A DNA stretch of 64,000 nucleotides from positions 17,636-81,635 of the forward strand of contig JBMNRB010000005.1 in assembly GCA_050944435.1 (NCBI GenBank). Reading direction: 5' to 3'. The stretch comes from Ruminococcus sp. (lineage in GTDB: Bacteria; Bacillota; Clostridia; Lachnospirales; Lachnospiraceae). The notes under the pieces were generated by a model. It did no database searches. It was not told where the DNA came from and saw only the letters and a list, made by a program, of their open reading frames with translations. Below, piece by piece: positions 59,930 to 64,000 of the stretch (position 1 is its first letter; each line of letters opens with the position of its first letter). Both the position numbers and the translations under genes were made by a program.

Positions 59930-61624
59930 ATGTTAAAAGATTTGTTGCGAAAAACTCCATCCAATATGAATATGAAAAAGGGCCGAGGTGAAGAACCGGA
60001 TGTTCTGAAAACCCTCTGGGCCAAATGCGGAAAATGTCAGGAAATGATTTACCGGGACGATGTAAAGGCAAATTATTATGCCTGTCCCAAGTGCGGCGCC
60101 TATTTCCGCCTGAATGCCAAAAGAAGAATGAAGATGACAGTGGATCGGGGAAGTTTCCAGGCATGGGATGAGGATATTACTACGCCGGATCCGCTGCAGT
60201 TTGAAGGATACCATGAGAAACTGGAACAGTGCAGGGAGAAGACAGGACTGTACGAGGGGATTCTTACCGGCGAAGCGGCCATTGAAGGGCAGAAGGTGGC
60301 CATTGGAATCATCGACGCCCGTTTTCTAATGGGGAGCATGGGATATGTGGTAGGCGAAAAGATCACCCGGGCAGTGGAGAGAGCCACAAAGGAAAAACTT
60401 CCCATCGTCATGTTCTGCTGCTCCGGCGGAGCCAGGATGCAGGAGGGAATGGTGTCCCTGATGCAGATGGCCAAAACTTCAGCGGCGCTGAAAAAACACA
60501 GCAACGCCGGGCTTTTCTATATTTCCGTGCTGACAGATCCCACAACGGGAGGAGTTACCGCCAGCTTTGCCATGCTGGGGGATGTGATCCTGGCAGAACC
60601 GGGAGCGCTGATCGGATTTGCAGGGCCCAGAGTAATCGAACAAACCATTCGTCAGAAATTGCCGGAAGGATTTCAGCGGTCGGAATTTCTGCTGGAACAC
60701 GGTTTTATTGACCGGATTGTAGAACGTTCTCAGATGAGGAAAACACTGGCAGATTTAATTCGAATGCATACTTCCGGAAAAACGGCATCTTCACCGGCAG
60801 AGTCAGAACTGAAGCTGATTAAAGGCCATGAGAGAAGAGAAAAGAAGGATGCCTGGGAAGTGGTGGAGGCTTCCAGAAAAGCGGATCGTTTGACGGCTCT
60901 TGATTATATTGAGGGAATATTTACAGATTTTATTGAGTTCCATGGCGATCGGTACTTTAAAGACGATGGTTCCATTGTGGGCGGTATCGCCATGCTGGGA
61001 GATACGCCGGTTACCGTAATCGGACAGCAGAAGGGAAAGAATCTGAAGGAAAATCTGGTGAGAAATTTCGGTATGCCCTCTCCTGACGGTTACCGCAAAG
61101 CCCTGCGTCTGATGAAACAGGCGGAAAAATTTCATCGTCCCATTATCTGCTTTGTGGATACGCCGGGCGCTTATTGCGGAATGGATGCTGAGGAACGGGG
61201 CCAGGGACGGGCCATTGCAGATAATCTGTTCCAGATGTCGGATTTAAAAACGCCGATACTGTCTGTGGTGATCGGTGAAGGGGGCAGCGGCGGCGCGCTG
61301 GCCATGGCGGTGGCTGACGAAGTATGGATGATGGAAAACGCTATCTATTCCATTCTGTCTCCGGAAGGTTTTGCCTCTATTTTATGGAAAGACAGCAAAA
61401 AAGCGGATGAAGCGGCCCAGGTGATGAAAATTACGGCGCAGGATCTGTTGGAACTGAAAATTATTGAAAAAGTGATTCCGGAAGATGTTCCGGCTGCCAA
61501 AGGAAACGAAAAGATGATCTGCCGGATGCTTCGGGCACAGATTCGCAGTTTCCTGGTACAGTATCAGGAATTAAGCGCGGAGGAATTGACGGAACATCGT
61601 TACCGGAGATTCCGCAGCATGTAA
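59930..61624 (+). CDS. accD: Fused carboxyltransferase beta-alpha (AccD-AccA)
   Basis: N-terminal Zn finger CGKC...CPKC and SGGARMQEG (beta); DTPGAY and GEGGSGGA (alpha) in one ORF. Confidence 0.93.
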   Translation: MLKDLLRKTPSNMNMKKGRGEEPDVLKTLWAKCGKCQEMIYRDDVKANYYACPKCGAYFRLNAKRRMKMTVDRGSFQAWDEDITTPDPLQFEGYHEKLEQCREKTGLYEGILTGEAAIEGQKVAIGIIDARFLMGSMGYVVGEKITRAVERATKEKLPIVMFCCSGGARMQEGMVSLMQMAKTSAALKKHSNAGLFYISVLTDPTTGGVTASFAMLGDVILAEPGALIGFAGPRVIEQTIRQKLPEGFQRSEFLLEHGFIDRIVERSQMRKTLADLIRMHTSGKTASSPAESELKLIKGHERREKKDAWEVVEASRKADRLTALDYIEGIFTDFIEFHGDRYFKDDGSIVGGIAMLGDTPVTVIGQQKGKNLKENLVRNFGMPSPDGYRKALRLMKQAEKFHRPIICFVDTPGAYCGMDAEERGQGRAIADNLFQMSDLKTPILSVVIGEGGSGGALAMAVADEVWMMENAIYSILSPEGFASILWKDSKKADEAAQVMKITAQDLLELKIIEKVIPEDVPAAKGNEKMICRMLRAQIRSFLVQYQELSAEELTEHRYRRFRSM

Positions 61625-61688
61625 GAAAAGTTAAAAGTAAAGCCTGTAATGGCAGAGGGGATTAGAGAGGCTTAAGGAGGAAAAGGTC

Positions 61689-62168
61689 ATGGACAAAAGC
61701 TATCGGGCGCTGAATGATGTTCTGGTAGATCTGTTCAACGATATCATGGATATCGAACAGGATGCGATCATTACGGGTGAATTTCGTGACATCACCAACA
61801 ATGATATGCATATAATCGAAGCTGTAGGGATAAATGAACCGCAGAATATGTCATCTATTGCGAAAAAAATGTCAGTGACCATGGGAACACTCACAACCTC
61901 CATGAACAGCCTGGTGAAAAAGGGATACGTGCTGCGGGAACGCAGCGAAGAAGACCGGCGCGTCGTTTACATCCGCCTGACGGAGAAGGGCGTCAGGGCC
62001 TATCATCACCATGCAGCTTTTCATCGGGAGATGATTGAAGCGGTGGTGAAAGGGATGGATGAAGGGGAGAAACAGGTGCTTGTCACGGCGCTGGTTCAGC
62101 TGAAAGATTTCTTTGCGGATTATAAGCAGACCCATAAAAGAACTGAGAAGAGAAAAATAAAAGCCTGA
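61689..62168 (+). CDS. MarR family regulator, FabT-like by context
   Basis: 'ITNNDMHIIEAV', 'VTMGTLTTSMNSLVKKGYVLRER...DRRVV'. Confidence 0.85.
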   Translation: MDKSYRALNDVLVDLFNDIMDIEQDAIITGEFRDITNNDMHIIEAVGINEPQNMSSIAKKMSVTMGTLTTSMNSLVKKGYVLRERSEEDRRVVYIRLTEKGVRAYHHHAAFHREMIEAVVKGMDEGEKQVLVTALVQLKDFFADYKQTHKRTEKRKIKA

Positions 62169-62216
62169 ATTAATTTTCGGTAAGATTTAGATAAAACAAT
62201 AAATGATATAAAAGAG

Positions 62217-62245
62217 TTGACAAAATCGGAAAATGGAAGTATTAT
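62217..62245 (+). promoter_or_regulatory. sigmaA promoter of the thiS operon
   Basis: TTGACA, 17 nt, TATTAT. Confidence 0.8.
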
Positions 62246-62250
62246 TTTAG

Positions 62251-62319
62251 ACAGAGTGTGAGGAAAGTCACACGAAGGGGTACACCACCGCGGGTGTAGT
62301 TCTTCGTGTGACTTTTTTT
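62251..62319 (+). ncRNA. Probable HMP-PP (thiS-motif) riboswitch / attenuator
   Basis: 5' hairpin GTGTGA/TCACAC is mutually exclusive with terminator AAAGTCACACGAAG/CTTCGTGTGACTTT plus T7; directly upstream of thiS. Confidence 0.65.
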
Positions 62320-62332
62320 GCGCGAAAGCATT

Positions 62333-62601
62333 AAGCCATGCGTCCCCGCAGAAACAGCGCTCACCGTGCTCGCACGGGGAAACGCTGATTTCTGCGGGGG
62401 CATAGGGCGCAAGCCCGCGACCGACCGGAGCGGAAGCGAAGGGAGGTGCATGGCTTGGAAGGAAAGAAAGGCAAGGCGCAAGCCCGCGACCGACCGGAGC
62501 GGAGGCGAAGGGAGGTGCATGGCTTGGAAGGAAAGAAAGGCAAGGCGCAAGCCCGCGACCGACCGAAGCGGAGGCGAAGGGAGGTGCATGGCTTGGAAGG
62601 A
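62333..62601 (+). repeat. Structured GC-rich element with a 69-bp tandem repeat (about 2.8 copies)
   Basis: Units start at 62406, 62475 and 62544; preceded by nested stems 62333-62403. Confidence 0.85.
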
Positions 62602-62626
62602 GAGGCCCGCGGCCGAAGGAGGAAAA

Positions 62627-62824
62627 ATGATATATATTAACGGACAGGAAATGGAATACCGCCCGGGGATTTCATTATCCCAGCTTCTGGAAGAACTGGG
62701 ATACGATACAAAACGTATTGCTGTGGAGAAAAATCAGGAAATTGTTCCCCGGGCTGCCTATGAAAATACGGCGGTGGAAGAGGGCGATCACCTGGAGGTG
62801 GTTCGCTTTGTGGGAGGAGGCTGA
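62627..62824 (+). CDS. thiS: Sulfur carrier protein ThiS
   Basis: 65 aa, C-terminal VRFVGGG; AGGAGG RBS before ATG 62627. Confidence 0.93.
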   Translation: MIYINGQEMEYRPGISLSQLLEELGYDTKRIAVEKNQEIVPRAAYENTAVEEGDHLEVVRFVGGG

Positions 62825-62826
62825 AC

Positions 62827-63492
62827 ATGGCAGATTTATCGCTGCGCTCAGCGGTTCAATTTCCGTCAGAAGGGGAACTGGATAAAGCCAAGGACTCTCG
62901 TTTTTCACCGGAAATTCATCAGAAGTTAAAAGCTGCTTCTGTGGGAATTGCGGGACTTGGAGGACTGGGTTCCCATATTGCGGTGATGCTGGCCAGAAGC
63001 GGAATTGGCCATCTTCACCTGATAGATTTTGATGTGGTGGATATCAGCAATTTAAACCGGCAAGCGTATACCACCCTTCATCTGGGAATGCCGAAAACAG
63101 AGGCCCTGACCCAAATATTGTATGAGATCAATCCCTATATGAAGGTAACCAGCAATTTTGCCAGAGTGACAGAAGAAAATGCAGCGGCTTTATTAGGAAA
63201 ATATTCCATTGTCTGCGAGGCATTTGACGATCCGGGACAGAAATCTATGCTGATTAATACTCTTCTGGAAAATTGTCCGGATACAACGGTGATATCCGGA
63301 AGCGGCATGGCCGGTTTTGAAAGCGCCAATACGATTCGCACCAGGAAAGTATTTAACCGTCTGTACCTGTGCGGAGACGGCGAGACCGATGCATATGAGG
63401 GGATCGGACTGATGGCGTCCCGAGTTTCTGTATGCGCAGGTCATCAGGCGAATATGGTAATTCGCCTTCTGCTTGGCTATACGGAGGTTTAA
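62827..63492 (+). CDS. thiF: ThiS adenylyltransferase
   Basis: GLGGLGS, DFDVVDISNLNRQ, 'RVSVCAGHQAN'. Confidence 0.92.
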   Translation: MADLSLRSAVQFPSEGELDKAKDSRFSPEIHQKLKAASVGIAGLGGLGSHIAVMLARSGIGHLHLIDFDVVDISNLNRQAYTTLHLGMPKTEALTQILYEINPYMKVTSNFARVTEENAAALLGKYSIVCEAFDDPGQKSMLINTLLENCPDTTVISGSGMAGFESANTIRTRKVFNRLYLCGDGETDAYEGIGLMASRVSVCAGHQANMVIRLLLGYTEV

Positions 63493-63513
63493 AGGAAAAG
63501 GAGGAAATAAAAA

Positions 63514-64000
63514 ATGGAAAAAAAAGATGTTCTGGTAATAGGAGGGCATGAGTTTACTTCCCGCTTTATTCTGGGATCTGGAAAGTATAATGTGGAGCTG
63601 ATTAAAGCGGCGGTGGAAGATGCGGGAGCACAGATGATTACCCTGGCTCTTCGCCGTGCCAATACAGATGGAAAAGAAAATATTATAGATTATATTCCGG
63701 AAGGAGTTACGCTCCTTCCCAATACTTCGGGAGCCAGAAATGCAGAGGAAGCTCTTCGGATTGCCCGGCTTTCCCGGGAACTGGGATGCGGAGATTTTGT
63801 AAAAGTGGAAGTTATCCGCGACTCCAGATATCTTCTGCCGGATAATTATGAGACCATAAAAGCAACGGAACTGATGGCGAAGGAAGGATTTATTGTCATG
63901 CCGTATATGTACCCGGATTTAAATGTGGCCCGCGATTTGGTCAATGCCGGAGCGGCGGCCATCATGCCGCTGGCTGCGCCCATTGGTTCCAATAAAGGAC
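63514..64000 (+). CDS. thiG: Thiazole synthase, 5' part (runs off window)
   Basis: Manual translation [25 protein letters not shown]...[14 protein letters not shown]...VKVEV...[13 protein letters not shown]. Confidence 0.93.
   Translation, partial: MEKKDVLVIGGHEFTSRFILGSGKYNVELIKAAVEDAGAQMITLALRRANTDGKENIIDYIPEGVTLLPNTSGARNAEEALRIARLSRELGCGDFVKVEVIRDSRYLLPDNYETIKATELMAKEGFIVMPYMYPDLNVARDLVNAGAAAIMPLAAPIGSNKG

Noticed and set aside
62406-62601. 69-bp repeats as a CRISPR array
   Set aside because: Repeats are contiguous with no unique spacers, too long for CRISPR repeats, and there are no cas genes in the window.
62220-62626. TPP riboswitch upstream of thiS (also looked for upstream of tenA, 16157-16278)
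   Set aside because: No CTGAGA or ACCTGA...TAAT...GCGTAGG core found on the relevant strand in either region.
62318-62824. 168-aa ORF as the real ThiS
   Set aside because: The N-terminal 103 aa are a translation of the structured repeat; the strong AGGAGG RBS and typical ThiS length support ATG 62627.

Overview
A 64 kb chromosomal window from a low-GC Gram-positive anaerobe, most likely Lachnospiraceae/Clostridia (inferred from gene content, the dual-OB SSB, the AccD-AccA fusion and the IS types). Housekeeping content: 3' part of a V/A-type ATPase operon, MATE exporter, molybdate ABC uptake with a divergent regulator, TrkAH, small spore-coat-like genes, tenA, typA, ssb, lysine riboswitch-dapA-dapB, hisA, hpf, an L,D-transpeptidase, a complete fabH-acpP-fabK-fabD-fabG-fabF-accB-fabZ-accC-accDA-MarR cluster, and thiS-thiF-thiG. 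The most notable accessory block (about 16.3-29.5 kb) is a non-canonical type VII secretion locus. It encodes a Hanks kinase-TM-TPR protein, an unannotated 46-aa membrane peptide, an FHA-containing EssC, an atypical orphan LytTR regulator, a possible EsaE/EspG-like protein, EsaB, five WXG100 genes plus one degenerate paralogue, a PP2C phosphatase and a C-lobe-only pseudokinase with a polytopic membrane domain. No EsaA, canonical EssB or LXG toxin is visible in the window. Other highlights: an AEP-type ABC transporter paired with a saccharopine-dehydrogenase-like enzyme and an RpiR regulator (substrate unknown); an Ig-repeat surface protein; an IS110 remnant abutting an IS1182 with hairpin ends; and a thiS leader containing a probable HMP-PP riboswitch followed by a structured element with a 69-bp tandem repeat. 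No rRNA, tRNA or CRISPR array was seen. Family names come from motif recognition by eye, not database searches.
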